The position numbers and the translations under genes were made by a program. A DNA stretch of 64,000 bases from Antechinus flavipes (taxonomy: Eukaryota), in assembly GCF_016432865.1 (NCBI RefSeq), contig NC_067398.1, forward strand, positions 680,264,001-680,328,000, in the 5' to 3' direction. The stretch's first letter is position 1; every line of letters begins with the position of its first letter. Positions 38,092 to 61,700 of this stretch are shown in pieces. The notes beneath the pieces are model-generated. The model searched no databases. It saw nothing but the letters and a program-made list of their open reading frames with translations, and was not told the DNA's origin.

Positions 38092-38136
38092 GCCTGTTGG
38101 GTGCAGGGGAGGGGAATGCATCAAGCTGCTCCGGCC

Positions 38137-45920
<7,784 letters not shown>

Positions 45921-46429
45921 CTTCCCCCTGGGGCCACCGCTTCCGGGTCTGGCCCAGGAGGGGCGGGGTCTCTACTCGCGTCAGGACAGGAGGCCACGCC
46001 CCTTTCCACCTGGCGTGGGCCCCTTCCCTCACCTGGCCACGCCCCAATCACCTGACCCAGCTCCCTAGCTCCCCACCCCGAGTCACTTTCTTCTCCCGGA
46101 GTCTGTTTCGCGAAGGTGGAAAGATGGGAAAGGTCTGTTTGGCGTCGGCAGCACTCGTGCCCGTTATAACGAACTCCCGATAATAGTTTCCCAAAGGTAA
46201 TAAAATGTGGGGATGACAATAGCACCCAGCTGCGAGGGTGTGTAGTCGGAAAGCACTTTGCAAACCTCAAAGCGCTCTCTAGGACCAGTGTTGTTGTTAA
46301 TGACAAAATTACACAAAAAGACGTTCGACGTGGCTCACCCGGCCACAAGTCACAAAGTCACCTAATAATATCTCCTCTATAGAGAGCGTGAAAGTTTGCG
46401 AACGCTGTTGTCGCTACTGGGTTAGAAAA

Positions 46430-46845
46430 GATCAGTGATCAGTTCTGACGGACGCCGCTCTTTTCAACAATGAGGTGATTCAGGCCAGTTCCCATGGTCT
46501 TGTGATGGAGAGAGCCGCCTGCCCCAGAGAGAGACTGTGGGGGCTGAGCGTGGACCACAACACAGCATTCTCCCTTCTTTTGTTGCTGTTTGCTTGCTTT
46601 TTGTTTTCTTTCTCTTTTTCCCTTTTTGATCTGATTTTTCTTGTGCAGCAAGATAGTTGTGAAAATATGTATAGAAGAATTGCACCTGTTTAACATATTG
46701 GATTACTTGCTCAAGGGGGAGGGGATGAGAGAAACGGAGGGGGGAAATTTGGAACACAAGGTTTTGCAAGGTGAATATGAGAATCATCTATGCGTGTGTT
46801 TTAAAAATAAAAAGCTTTAATAAAAAATTTTTAAAAATAAAAGAT
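46430..46845 (+). mobile_element. Old L1 3'UTR fragment (similar remnants at about 17975-18370 and 42320-42730)
   Basis: Shares GATCTGATTTTTCTTG.GCAGCA and GAATTGCAC.TGTTTAAC with other L1 3' ends in the window; A-rich tail. Confidence 0.7.
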
Positions 46846-46902
46846 CAGAGATTTACCTATGGGTCATATAACACAAACGGTATCAATCCGATTAATTAGG
46901 TC

Positions 46903-47130
46903 TCTTCTTCCCCCCTCTCTGCTTCCCTTCCTTCCCTCCTTTCTTCTTCCCCCCTCTCTGCTTCCCTTCCTTCCCTCCTTTCTTCTTCCCCCCTCTCTGC
47001 TTCCCTTCCTTCCCTCTTTTCTTCTTCCCTCCTTTTTTCTTCCCTCCTTTCCTTTCTTCCTTTTCTTCCTTTCTTCCTCCTTCCTACCTTTTTTTTTCTT
47101 TCTTTCTTCCCACTCTCCTTCCTTCCTTCT
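46903..47130. repeat. 39-bp x3 pyrimidine tandem repeat followed by a CT-rich tract
   Basis: TCTTCTTCCCCCCTCTCTGCTTCCCTTCCTTCCCTCCTT at 46903, 46942 and 46981. Confidence 0.9.
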
Positions 47131-48276
47131 TTTCTTGCTGATTTCATTGATGTATGTAGATCTGCCTCTTGAAACCCCTATGAGTACTACTTAAAAGTTC
47201 ATTATTCTTATAGTCAAAGAACACGTAGTGCAATGAAAGGCGAAGGGATTTGTCCAGAGTCACACAGCCAGGATTCAGCTGAGGTAGGACTGGAATCCAT
47301 ATCCTCCTGCCACTAACTCTGTCTCCACTGTGCCAGTGCAACAATTACTGTGCCTGTCTCTCCCACACAGTCACACAAACCCCCTACTGCCAGACCTAAT
47401 CCTACTATTGATTTAAAGACATTAGGAGACTCGCCCAAGACCATACAGTAGGTGAGCGTCAGGTGTGGAAGGCAAACCTAGCTCTTTCTAACTCTAACTC
47501 CGCTATTATAACCATTACATTACACTGCCTCTTTAAAAAAAGTTTTTTTCAATTAACAAATTGATTTCTTCTCCTTCCAACCACCACCCCTTTCCCACAG
47601 GGAAAAACAAACAAACAAAACCCTTGTAACAAATATGCAGTCAAGCACAACAAATTCCTGTATTTGCCGGGTCCAAAAACTTGTTCTCATTCTGCCCCCT
47701 GAGTCAATCACCTCTCTGTTAGGAAGCAGATAGCGTGCTTCATCAAGGCTACTGCCTCGTGAGCTGTCTCAAGGACAGACACAGTGGCACAGTTCTGCAT
47801 TCACTAGTGTATGCTCACACGGCCAAAGGACACAGGGATGCATTTATCTCACACACAGATAAGCCCCCTGCCACTCTCTGGGGCTGATTCCTCCTCTCTA
47901 AAATGAGGTGATTGAACTAGATATTCAGCTTCTTCCCAACCTCTGACACACATACAGAAAAACAGCCACGCATTCTAACCCCCTTACAGGGAGGGCCCCG
48001 GAACCCCCTCTGTCCCAAGAAGGGATCAGTGTGGTCAAAACCCCAGGCACCTCCCATGGAGTCACCTGAAGAAGGGGGAGGTAGAGGGATTTGTCACCCA
48101 GGAGAATGTAGGTATTCGGGAACAATTATGTATCATTCTCCATCCCAAGACTGTGTGAAAAATGATGCAGAAAATAAAGGGCTCATGACACTGCTCTCCC
48201 CTAACATCACCTCCAACACTCTTAAGACAGCATTCACGATCTGCTTCTGCTATGGAAGGATCTGACCCAAGACCTT

Positions 48277-48300
48277 ACACACACACACACACACACACAC
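48277..48300. repeat. (AC)12 microsatellite
   Basis: Read directly from the sequence. Confidence 0.95.
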
Positions 48301-49690
48301 CCCAGTTCTGAATGGGGGATTCAGGAAATAGAATTTTGAAGACTTCAGTTTGAGGAGCTGGAAAAGCTTGGGGGGCTGGCAGTTTGGGGAAATGAGGGAT
48401 GGAGATCTTGGGTACCTCCAGCTCCTGCTCCTCCCCTAGCCAGGTTGTTGTGGTAACTACTCCAAAGCTTGGACCCAAAGGCTATGCAGAGCTGGTAATA
48501 AGGCCCTTGTGGGTATATAAGGAGGTAAAGACCCCTCTAGGGAGGAGAATAATCTCATTCCCTAAGGAAGCATTACCAAGGAGACTGAGTCAACCAATAC
48601 CAGTCTGACCAGAAAGGTCCCTCTGTATCTTTGGACAGGTGGACAGAAGAGAAAGGAGACATTGGTTAGGGGTGGTGAGAGTGGAAAGTCAAGGGAAGAT
48701 GCCCTGATGCTCAAAGGTCTTCATACAGCAGGAAAAGGCTTTTTGTGGGAAGGATGCATTCCCAGGTAAAAGTTAGGAGGGCTGGGACTGGGACTGGAGT
48801 AAAGTGAGGAGCAAATCTCCAATTCCTCTCTCCTACAGAGAGGCTCTGAGCACCGCCCACGAGGCCACGGGCTCCGTCTTCTCCATGCCATCTCCCGCTT
48901 GGCCTCCCCCTATGCAGCCTTGCCCCCCAGGTGTCTGGGAGACCCTACCTTGAGCCTTCAGTACACCTGCTCCCAGACTCCGCTATCCCAGGTGAGAGCT
49001 GCTAGGGCAGAGTATAGATCCTATGACTCTGGGGTATATGACACAGGTGAGTTTAGGAAAAGGACTACAGGTCAAAAAATGTAGAAATCATGTGTTGAGG
49101 GAGAGAGAGCCAGGGCCCAGGGAGTGAGGTAAAGTTGGGGGGAGGAGGAGGAGGCCTAGGCATCTCACCCCCAATCAGCACCTAGTGTAGTTCCACAAAA
49201 ACAATTATCTGGATGATCTTTATGGGGCTTAGTCTGGGTGGGAGCAGATGGAGAGGGGGGGACTCCCAGATGGAGTCTAGGATTTGGGGCTTGGTGGAGG
49301 ATCGTGGGTGTTCCCCCACCCTTTAAAAGTCCTACTCCAGATGCCAAGAGCAACAGTGGGAGCTGGAATCAGGCATCTGCAGTGAGTCTAGGGGCAGAAC
49401 TCCAGAAGAAGGGGAACACAAGAGGGGGAGCAAGGGGTCTAGTAAGGGATTACCTAGGGATCCAGACTGATGGCTGATCTGGAAGAGAAAAAGGAAGAAG
49501 AAGCAGATTCAAGTGCTCCCAGTGAGGTAATAGGGGACCCATTCTGGTCAGGAGGGTCTGGGGGATTAGTAGCAGCCCAGGAAGCGAAGACATTGGAGCA
49601 GCTCCTCCATTTTACCACCCCACCTAGTGCTCCCTTGTGATCTCCATGTCCTGCTAGGTCTCAGATCGCCCGATTGTACCAACACGACTC

Positions 49691-49767
49691 TAATTAGCAG
49701 GTATCTCATTAGCAAGGCCAGTGTCTCCAAAGGCTTAGAGCCAAAAAGGAGGCCAATGACCCAGTTT
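49691..49767. promoter_or_regulatory. PCP2 upstream module: RORE plus homeodomain TAAT sites
   Basis: TGACCCAGTTT (49757-49767) reads AAACTGGGTCA on the minus strand, an exact match to the ROR consensus WAWNTRGGTCA; TAATTA 49691-49696, CATTAG 49707-49712, CCAAT 49753-49757. Pcp2 is an established ROR-alpha target. Confidence 0.6.
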
Positions 49768-50146
49768 CCAGTTTGAGGGGGAGGGAGGAGGATGGAAAGG
49801 GATACCTGGGTGCAAGACCCTAGTTAAGGTGAGAAGGCCGCAAAGTCATGGGGAAGGGGGGGTCAGTGGCAATCCAGAAGCTAGGGGAGGGGGAGGTTGT
49901 GACTCTCCCAAGGGAGTAACTTGTTCCCAAACATCTACTTCAGCCTCTGATCTAGGCCACTGGAGTTGGCACTAACAGATGCCTCTCCCCAGAGCCAGCT
50001 GCAGCCACATGGCTGTAGCCAGAACTATCCTGATTCGGGGGTCCCTAGGGGCAGAAGTGGGAGTGGGGACAGTGCAGGAAGGCAAGCCATTTATATCATT
50101 CACATCGCATTCTTATGCCAGAGACCAGACAGTGCAGCTTCAGACC

Positions 50147-52336
<2,190 letters not shown>

Positions 52337-52385
52337 GGGTTTGGGACTGACTTGGTTTTCACACTCAACCAGTCCTTCGGCACCA

Positions 52386-52391
52386 AATAAA
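52386..52391 (+). terminator. PCP2 polyadenylation signal AATAAA
   Basis: AATAAA 49 nt after the PCP2 stop codon. Confidence 0.8.
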
Positions 52392-52796
52392 AGGCTTGCA
52401 CATAAACTGAGTGAGGGGTCAAACTGAGTTGTTATTGTCATTAGATTAAGGAATTGGGGTAGAAGAATATAAGGTTTTCTCTCAATTCTCCTTGGATGGT
52501 TATCCTGATGACTCTTAGCTAAAGCCCTGAAAGACAAGAACCAAAGTGGGGAAGGGTACAGGGTTAATGTGTGTTTGGGTGATGATGGGCGGTGGACTAT
52601 TTCTCAAGGCCACAAGCTTCTACAGGTACAGTGGAGCCAGGGACTGAGGAGGGGATAGGCACCTCCAGAGTTTCTCATCAGAAGACAGAGATGAAAGGAG
52701 CCCCCTTGTAAGAGGCCCACCTCCCAACTTCTACTGTGCAGCATCCAGACTGTGGGGGGAAGGATGGGGCACTTCGATTTCCAGATAAAGCCCAGG

Positions 52797-55700
52797 TCAC
52801 TGCTGGGCAGTCCGGAGTAGCCTCTCCTCACGCTGTTTCCGCATTCGCTCTTTAAAATCTTCTAGCTCCCGGCGCTAACATGAGTCAGAAAAGAATGTCA
52901 GAAGAGAATGCAGTTATTATCCTGCCCCACAATCCCCAGAAGCCAGCCCCGCTCCAATGGAGAATACATGGTGGGAGGGGAAGGAAAGAGTGAGGTACAT
53001 GTGAGAGAAGAACCCCCAGCCAATTCCCTCCAATCTCCATAGGCTTCCCCACTGGGCTGCGCTCCTTCCTGGGCTACGGCCTCCTACACCCAGAATCTGT
53101 CTCTCACCTATTCCTTCCTGAGGAGTCTCTAGTTTTTCCTAAGTCCACAACAGGAGTTTGAGCCAAGGAGTTCTTACCTGAAACTAGGCTTTCACCTACC
53201 CTGAGTGAGAGCTGAGAGAGACACCAAAGATACTTCCACCTGCCATCCCAACTCAACCATTCCACACACACACACATATGATGGGGAAAATTTGAGGATT
53301 CACCTGGTCTTCTCGCTCCGGAGGGAAGATCTCCCGCTGCAGAAAGAGAAGAAATCACTGAAGGAGAGGGAGAAGACCAAAACAGTCATGACATTCCCCA
53401 CCTCTACCCCAGCAAGGCCAGGAGAATAGGAAGAACAGTGTCCTCTTCTAGGAAAAAGAGACCTCTCGAGACCTCTGACCTTTCTCCATATTACCTCCAG
53501 TCCTTACTGCTACTTAGAAGAATGTGGTGGAGGGTGTGAGGGTAGTTCAGTTGGTAGTATTGAAAATAGTGAAAATAAAAATGTTAGGATTTTTCCCATC
53601 CAAATAGCAGAGCTAGAAGGAACCTCAGGCACCATGAAGTCCAGCCCTCCCACTGTAAAAAGTAGCAAGAGTTGGCAGCCACACAGTAAGTCAATAGCAG
53701 AGCTAGCAAAAGAAGCTGATTGTCCAGATTCCAAGTCGAAGGGTATGTCAATGCCCCATTAGGTAAAATCATCATTTGGGAAAGCACAGCAAGCCTGACT
53801 TCTGAGGCCATAGTGTGGAAAACAGGTTATGTTCTCCTCCCAGTGGGTCCCCACTTTGTTGCCAAGAACGCATCAGGCCCCTCCATCCTGAGCCCCTCAT
53901 ATACCTTGCGCTGAACAACATATTCCTCAAAATAATCAGCTTGGTTGGAGACCCAGAACATGGCCACTGGGAAGGTAAGGTACAGCACCATCTATAAAGG
54001 AACAAAGAATTAAGGTCATGTCTCTCCCCCTCCCTCTACTCCCTTTCCTCCCCAACCCCCCATCCCCACTTCAAAGTCAAATTTCTTTTAAAAAGTCATC
54101 TAGAGAAGACTTTTAGTCAAACAAAAATGAAATTTTAAAAAAATAATAATCATCACCAATAGAGAATAATTGTTTTGGATTTGTCTCTAACTAGGAAGCA
54201 TGCAGCTAGCTTAGATATCGTTTCTCAAGATTAATGAACAACTGCATATAAAACAATTCTCACTTTGTAGAATTTCAGATTGAAACATGGATTTTCCTAT
54301 TTGGGAAAGTAAAATTTTAAGTATCCATTTTTCATTTTAGAAATCAATTTGGAAAAAGAAAAAAGAGAAATCAGTTTGCTACATTACTTTCCATATATAA
54401 TTGAAAATTTCTTTAGTCTTTTAAAGCCATGTTGGACTATGATTGTGAAATCTCTTTTTCTTACTGATTTTAAAAAAATAACTTCAGCCACAAATGTATT
54501 TTGAGGAATAAAAAACATACTTTGGAATATACCCATGCTGAATTCCTCCAAGTCTTTACCATCTCTCCTTGCATCTTTTCCTGCAACTGCCAGGGCCCTT
54601 TCCCTCTCTAATTATCCTTGTATAAGCTGTATTCATACTACCACCCCACTAAGAGAAAATAAATTTGAGGGCAGGGACAGTTTTTGTCTTTCTACCCCCC
54701 AGTACTTTACTCAGAGCCAAGCAAATAACAGGTATCTCACGTTTGGTGAAGTGAACCCCAGTGCAATCCAGTGTTGAACCCTATTACCCTCCTGAATTGC
54801 TCTCTCCATCATTACCAATGAACTTCTGTTCTGACAAATCCCATGGAATTTTCTTGATCCCTTTCTTCCTTCTCAAAGTGGTGTTTCTGATATTATACAC
54901 CACGGGGTCTTAACCATTCTGTATCACAATCCCTTCTGTTGTCTGGTGACACCTATGAAGCCCTTCTCAAAACAATGTATTTAAATCATTGAAGGAAATG
55001 AACATAGTGAAAATAAAAATGTTAAGATTTTTTCCATCCAAATTTACCAATCCCCTCAAGCCTACCCAGGACCCTAGTCTTGGCTGCATAGGGATCATAG
55101 GAGATCCTATCTCTAGAACTGGAAGGCTTCAGAGACCATTTGGCTCAACCTCCTTTGTTTTACAGATGGGGAAATTGAAGCCCAGCACGGATGGGTCAAT
55201 TCTATACCACCTAGGTTCTCTTGCCTCTTCACTGACTATTCTTTCTCTTCACTTTTCACAAACTCTTAACATAGCTACTTCTGGGAATCTGTCCTGGGCT
55301 TTCTTCTTTTCTCCTCAGGCAATCTCATTCACCTCCAAGACTTCAACTACTTACCCTATGCATATGACCCCCAAATCTGCAACTAGCTCTCACCTTCCCA
55401 AGGCCTCCTCCTCTACAATCCATCCTCTACACAGTTACCAGATTCATATTCCTAAAACATAGGAAATGAACCCAGAGAGAGTGAATGATTTGCCTACACA
55501 GCTAGTGAGGCTAGATTTGAATCCAAATCTGCCTATGTCTGATTCTAGTTCTCTAACCATTATACCACATTGTTTCAGAATCAATAGCCACTGAAATCCC
55601 CAAACTGAAGAAGTATCAGTGGCTTCCCATTGCCTCTGAGATAAAATCTTAACTTCTGTAGAGCACTTAAAGCTCTCTCCAATTTGGCTCTACTCTCTTC

Positions 55701-58700
55701 TTTCAAATTTCTATATTATAATATTTTACATTATTCCCTCTTACTTTACTCTCCAGTCATAGTGACCTAGTTGATGTGAATGAAATTCTGTATCCTCCAT
55801 TCACACCTCTCATGCCTGGCATGCTCTGCCTTGTCTCCTCTGCACATCAGCACCCCAATTTTCCTTTAGAGCTTGGATCAAGCACTACTACCTCCAGAAC
55901 TTTCTGATTTCCTCCAATTGTTAGTGCTTCCCATTATTACTTTGTAATTCCTTACCTATCCTACCTCCCCAGGAAACTGTTATATCCTTGAGAGACAAGC
56001 ACTGGATTGTTTTTCTATCCAGCACCTAGCATAGTGCCCAGCATGTACATAGTAGATATTTACTAAATGCTTATAGAATTGAATTTCTGATTCCCTTCTT
56101 TCCCTACCTCTAAACTATCCTTTACTATACTTTCAGAATAACCTTCTTTATGAACAGGTTTCTGCTCATGTCACTTGATTCAAAGATCTTCAGTACCTCT
56201 TTGGAGGCTACCAAGTTCAAACTAATGAGGTTTAGAATACGGGATTCCCGGTCAGGGAACCAAAAGATGAGATTAGGGTTCCTGGTGGTCAGGGAGTTAA
56301 ATGATGAGGTTGGTGGCAGATTCGGGGGTCAGGGAACCAAATGAAGAGGTTTGGGTCCCCTGAATCCCCTTAGGATTCGGCACAAGGTAGGGAGTTGTGG
56401 GAACCACCTTTTGGCAGCGCAGAGATCCTTTGTAAAGGAATTTACGAACCAGAAAAGCTGGACTGGTAAAAAGAAGTTAATTATGGGCATTGGGAAGTCA
56501 GCCTTTGCTATGTATGAATAGAAAGACTGAATTCCTTAGTGGCAAGGTCCTGGCAGAGAAACAGAGAATTTCTAGTAAAGAAATCCCAACAGAGAGGTAT
56601 AAAGTCTTGTTAAGGAAATAGGTAAGAAAGATAAAGAAAGGGTAACACTGAATGAGAACATCTTTTCAGCAGGCAGAGGCTGCTGCTATGCCAGGGTGAG
56701 GTTCCTTGGCATGTTAGGTCCTCTGCAAGGACTGAACTCCAAGTTGCTGTTTTTATGAGGAAATCTGAGACAGAAATTTCAATAGAATGAGATTCCCTCA
56801 ATGCTGTCACTGCCCCCAGGCCTAGAAGAGACTACTTACTGAGAGTGATTTTGAGCCAACAATAGGGGTGGATAGAAATCTAGATGTCCAGCTAAATGAA
56901 ATTACTTCAACTAGTCCCACCAAGATAAACCACTTTATCTTGGTTCCCTGGGGCGGGTCTCACAGAGGCAGGGTTCAAGGAGAATTTCTCCTTAAAGGAG
57001 TTTTCAGAGAGTTTCAGAATCCCCCCTTCAGTTTCAGGTTCCCCTCGTCAAAACTATTTTGCTTGACAAGGAAGATCCTCTCCAATCTTGGGTCACTCTG
57101 CTTTTCCAATCTTATCTTATTTACTTCCTTTCAGACAAATTGGATTATTCAAAATTAAGAATCTTGAGTTTAACAGGAATCTCAGAACAAATCCAGCTCA
57201 ACTCATACCTTAACAGGACTCCTCCCTATAACATCCCCCAACAAGTTCAAAAAGACACTTTTCACCAAGAGAACAAAACCTGAAAATTTTAATTTACTAA
57301 GCAAGCACTTCAATTCTTGAGGAAATTATAAAATATAACAGTGAAAGGGTGATTAGGAAACATCCAGAAATTTCCAGGAGTGGAGCCATGATAGCAGAGT
57401 ACAGTCAGGAAACTGCTCAAGCTCTCCCAGTTTCCCTCAAAAATCACATGAAATCGAATCTCTGAACAGTTTGGTGGAATGAAACCACTCTACAATTCAA
57501 GAACGATCAGTATCACTGTGGTAAAAAAAATAGATTCTGGGTAAGCCAGTGAGAGGGTCTGAATCACAGCAAATCAGCAACTAAATTCCTCATTCCTAGC
57601 TCAGTAGAGGAACAAATCAGTGAGGCAGCTTCCAGTCTCAGCTCAGAAGACAAACTCTGGGAAACCAGGATGTCTCCTGCAAACACAAGGGGTTCCTTGT
57701 GTTCAAAGACAAGACTCAGAAATGCACAAGAAGAAACTTGTGACAGCGCCCTCTTTAGCCCAGGAGCAGAGTTCAACCATAAAAGTTTAAAAAAAAAAAA
57801 AAAGGAAATACCAAAAGAAAAGGAAAGAAAATAAGCAAGAAACAGAAAAGAATCTTGACCATAGAAAGCTACAATGGGGACAGGACAGACCAAAACACAA
57901 ACTCAGATGAGGGCAGAATGCCTGCTGGTGTTTTTGTTCCTTCTTTAAAATATATAATATGATGGTTCTCTCTGGGAGAGAGCAGGTTTCTCGGGGAGGT
58001 TTTCTGGAGGCAGCCTTAGTTTTGGTTAAAGAGTAATAATCACCCAAAATGCAGCCAGCTGGTAAAAATGCAAACATTTATTTTCCCCTTCCAAAACAGC
58101 CCAGTTAGTTGAGCCCTATCTCTCTGCTTGGTTCTAAGAGTTCTTGCAGCTTTGTCCTTTGCTTCTGCCTCTGCTTTCTTCAACCTCCAATTCAGCTCCA
58201 AGTTGAATCTGTCTTGCCTCCGAGAGAGGGTTTCTGGCTCTCAATCTCCCAGAGTGCTCTGTGTCTGCACCAGAGTGCTCCTCTCCAAACTAATTCAGCT
58301 GAGCTCCCTTGACAGGGTTCATATATGACTCTTCTGAGAGAATGGGATTATAGATTTTCTCCCAGAGTGCTCTCTGGCCCTAAGAGCTTCAAGGGTGGTG
58401 TGAATTCACAAAGTTTGTGTACTTTGTGAATCTCCCATACTTGTGAACTCCAATGAGTACTTAAATATTTCTTGCTTATATGAGCTCTCTAAAGGTGTGA
58501 ACACAAGCATTGTATCAATTAGTTCTACTTAGTACCTTGTTTCAGGTTCTGGCCCAAAACATCTCCTTGTAAGATTAGATCAATGATACTGAACCATGCT
58601 AAATTAGATAATTATTGTCTCTATCAACTCTAATGACTTAATAATTTGTAAAGATTCCAATAAATGTCCACAGAGGAAATCTCAAAGAGTGATATGAATT

Positions 58701-61700
58701 GGTTTCAAGTCCAAAAAGGCTACTTAAAAGTGCTCATGAAAGACTTTAAAAGGCAATAATAAATGTAGAAGAAAAAAATGAGAAAGGAAATGAGAAGTAT
58801 GCATGAGAGAGACAACAGCTTGAAAAAAAAAAAAAGAAAAAAATTGTCTGAAGAAAATAACTCCTTAAAACAATAGAATTAGCCAAATGGAAAAAGATAC
58901 ACAAAAGCTAATTGAAGAAAACAACATATTAAAAACTAGAACCAGGACAATGGAAGCTCATGAGTGTGAGGCATCAAGAATAAGTCAAACTAAAAAAGAA
59001 TGAAAAAATGAAAGAAAATGTGAAATACTTCATTGAAAAAAATAAATCTAGAAAAGAAAATTTAAAGATTATTGGCCTATTTGAAAGCCATGACCAAAAA
59101 AAGAGCCTAGATAACATTCTACAAGAAATCATTAAGGAAAATTGCCCCAATATTCTAGAAATAGAGGGGGAAATACTGATTGAAAGAATCCCTCTATCAC
59201 TTTCAGGAAAAGATCCTTCCTTGAGAAACCATGAAACATCTAGAAAAGAAACATTGAGTCAGTTTAGCTTCATCAAAGACAGGCCATGCAAGACTAACTT
59301 TATTTCCTTTTCTGAAAGGGTTACGAATAGCTTAAACTGAAGATACAGTTTCCTTGCATCTTAACAAATATTTGATGAAGTATCTTATTCTATTCTTATG
59401 GAAAACATAGGAAGGCATAGACTCCAATATAATTTATTATTATTTAGTCATTTCTGACTTCTTACAAACCCATCCAGCTCATTTTACAGAGGAGGAAACA
59501 CAGGCAAATAGTTAAGTGACTTGTCTCAGCAAATTGAGTGGATGCCCATCATTTGGGAAATAGTTGAGTAAGTTGCAGTATTGGAATGTAATGGAATGTT
59601 ATTGGTCTATGCGCAGGGGTCCTCAAACTACGGCCCGCGGGCCAGATGCAGCAGCTGAGGATAATTATCCCCCTCCCCCAGGGCTATGAAGTTTCTTTAT
59701 TTAAAGGCCCACAAAACAAAGGTTTTGTTTTTACTATAGTCCAGCCCTCCAACAGTCTGAGGGACAGTGAACTGGCCCCCTATTTAAAAAGTTTGAGGAT
59801 CCCTGGTCTATAGAAATGATGAGCAGGGTGATTTCAGAAAAGCCTGGAAAGATTTACATGAACTGATGCTGAGTGAAGTGACCAGAACCAAGAATACACT
59901 GTATAGAGTAACAACAAAATTATGTGATGATCAACTATAATAGACACAGTTCTTTTCAACAACACAGTAATTCCAGTAAACTTGTGATGGAAAGGGCCAT
60001 CTACATCCAGAGAGAATACTATGGAGACTGAAGGGAATAGGAATATAATATTTTCACCTTGTTATTGTCTGTTTGCTTGTTTTTTTTTTCCTTTCTCATG
60101 GTTTCCCATTTGATCTGATTTTTTTTAATTTAAATTTTTTATTATAGCTTTTTATTTATAAGACATATGCATGGGTAATTTTTCAGCATTGACCCTTGCA
60201 AAACCTTCTATTCCAACTTTCCCCTCCTTTCCTCCACACCCTCCCCCAGATGGCAGGTAGACCAATACATGTTAAATATGTTAAAGTATATGTTAAATAC
60301 AATATATGTATACATATCCATAGTTATTTTGCTGCACAAGAAAAATTGGATTTAGAAATAAGTCAAATTAACCTGAGAAGGAAAACAAAAATGCAAGCAG
60401 ACAAAAACAGTGGAATTGGAAATACTATGTTGTGGTTAACACTCCTTTCTTAGAGTTCTTTTGCTAGGTGTAGCTGGTTCTCTTCACTATTAAACTAATG
60501 GAACTGATTTGGTTCATCTCATAGTTGAAGAGAGCCACGTCCATCACATCATATAGTAGTGTTGTTGAATTATATAATGATCTCCTGGTCCTGCTTATTT
60601 CACTCAGCATCAGTTCATGTAAGTCTCTCCAGGACTTTCTGAAATCATCCTGCTGGTCATTTCTTATCAAACAATAATATTTCATAACATGCATATACCA
60701 CAATTTATTCAGACATTCTCCAATTGATGGGCATCCATTCAATTTCCAGTTTTTAGCCACTACAAAAAGGGCTGCCACAAACATTTTTGCACATACAGAT
60801 CCCTTTCCCTTCTTTAAGATCTCTTTGGGATATAAGCCCAGTAGTAACACTGCTGTTCATCTGATTTTTCTTGCACAATATGACAAATATGGAAATATAT
60901 TTTTTTAATTGCATATATTTAACTTATATCATATCACTTGTCTTGAGAGGGAGAAGAAAAAGGAGGGAGAAAAATTTGGAACACAAAGTTTCAAAAAAAA
61001 AAAAAGAAAAAAAAGAAAGAAAAACAAATGAAAATACAGATCATATATCACTTTCCAAAAAAAGAAGTAGTAGTTAATTGTCCCAGGTCACAAAGTTAGT
61101 ATATGTCTGAAATCAGATTTGAACTCAAGAAAAGGAATCTTTTTGACTTTAAGCCCAATGATATATCCATTTCAACACCTAACTGTCCTGTATCACAATT
61201 ACATATTTTTAAAACTAGTTGAAAGACCAAAGTCAAAGAGGAATGTCATTAGGGTTTCAGTGTCAATAAACAGGTCTTCAGTGAAGTGGCCCGAGTGGCC
61301 CAAAGATCTATGTTCCACTCTTAGCATTTTTAGTTAAATATTTGGATAAAGGCTGAATAGACAGCATGCTTATCAAGTTTGTAGATGACAAAGAATATGA
61401 ATAGACAATTTTCAGATGATGACATTGAAACTATCTTCACTCATATGAAAGAGTTTTCCAAATCACTATTGATCAGAGAAATGCAAATTAAGACAACTTT
61501 GAGATACCACTACATACCTGTCAGATTGGCTAGAATGACAGCGAAAGATAATGATGAATGTTGGAGGGGATGCGGGAAAACGGGGACACTGATGCATTGT
61601 TGGTGGAGTTGTGAAAGAACCCAACCATTCTGGAGAGCAATCTGGAATTATGCCCAAAAAGTTATCAAACTGTGCACACCCTTTGATCCAGCAGTGTTTC

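Noticed and set aside
59008-59340. 110-aa ORF fusing L1 ORF1 to a CR1 RT fragment
   Set aside because: Chance in-frame junction of two decayed retroelements; no promoter or splice support.
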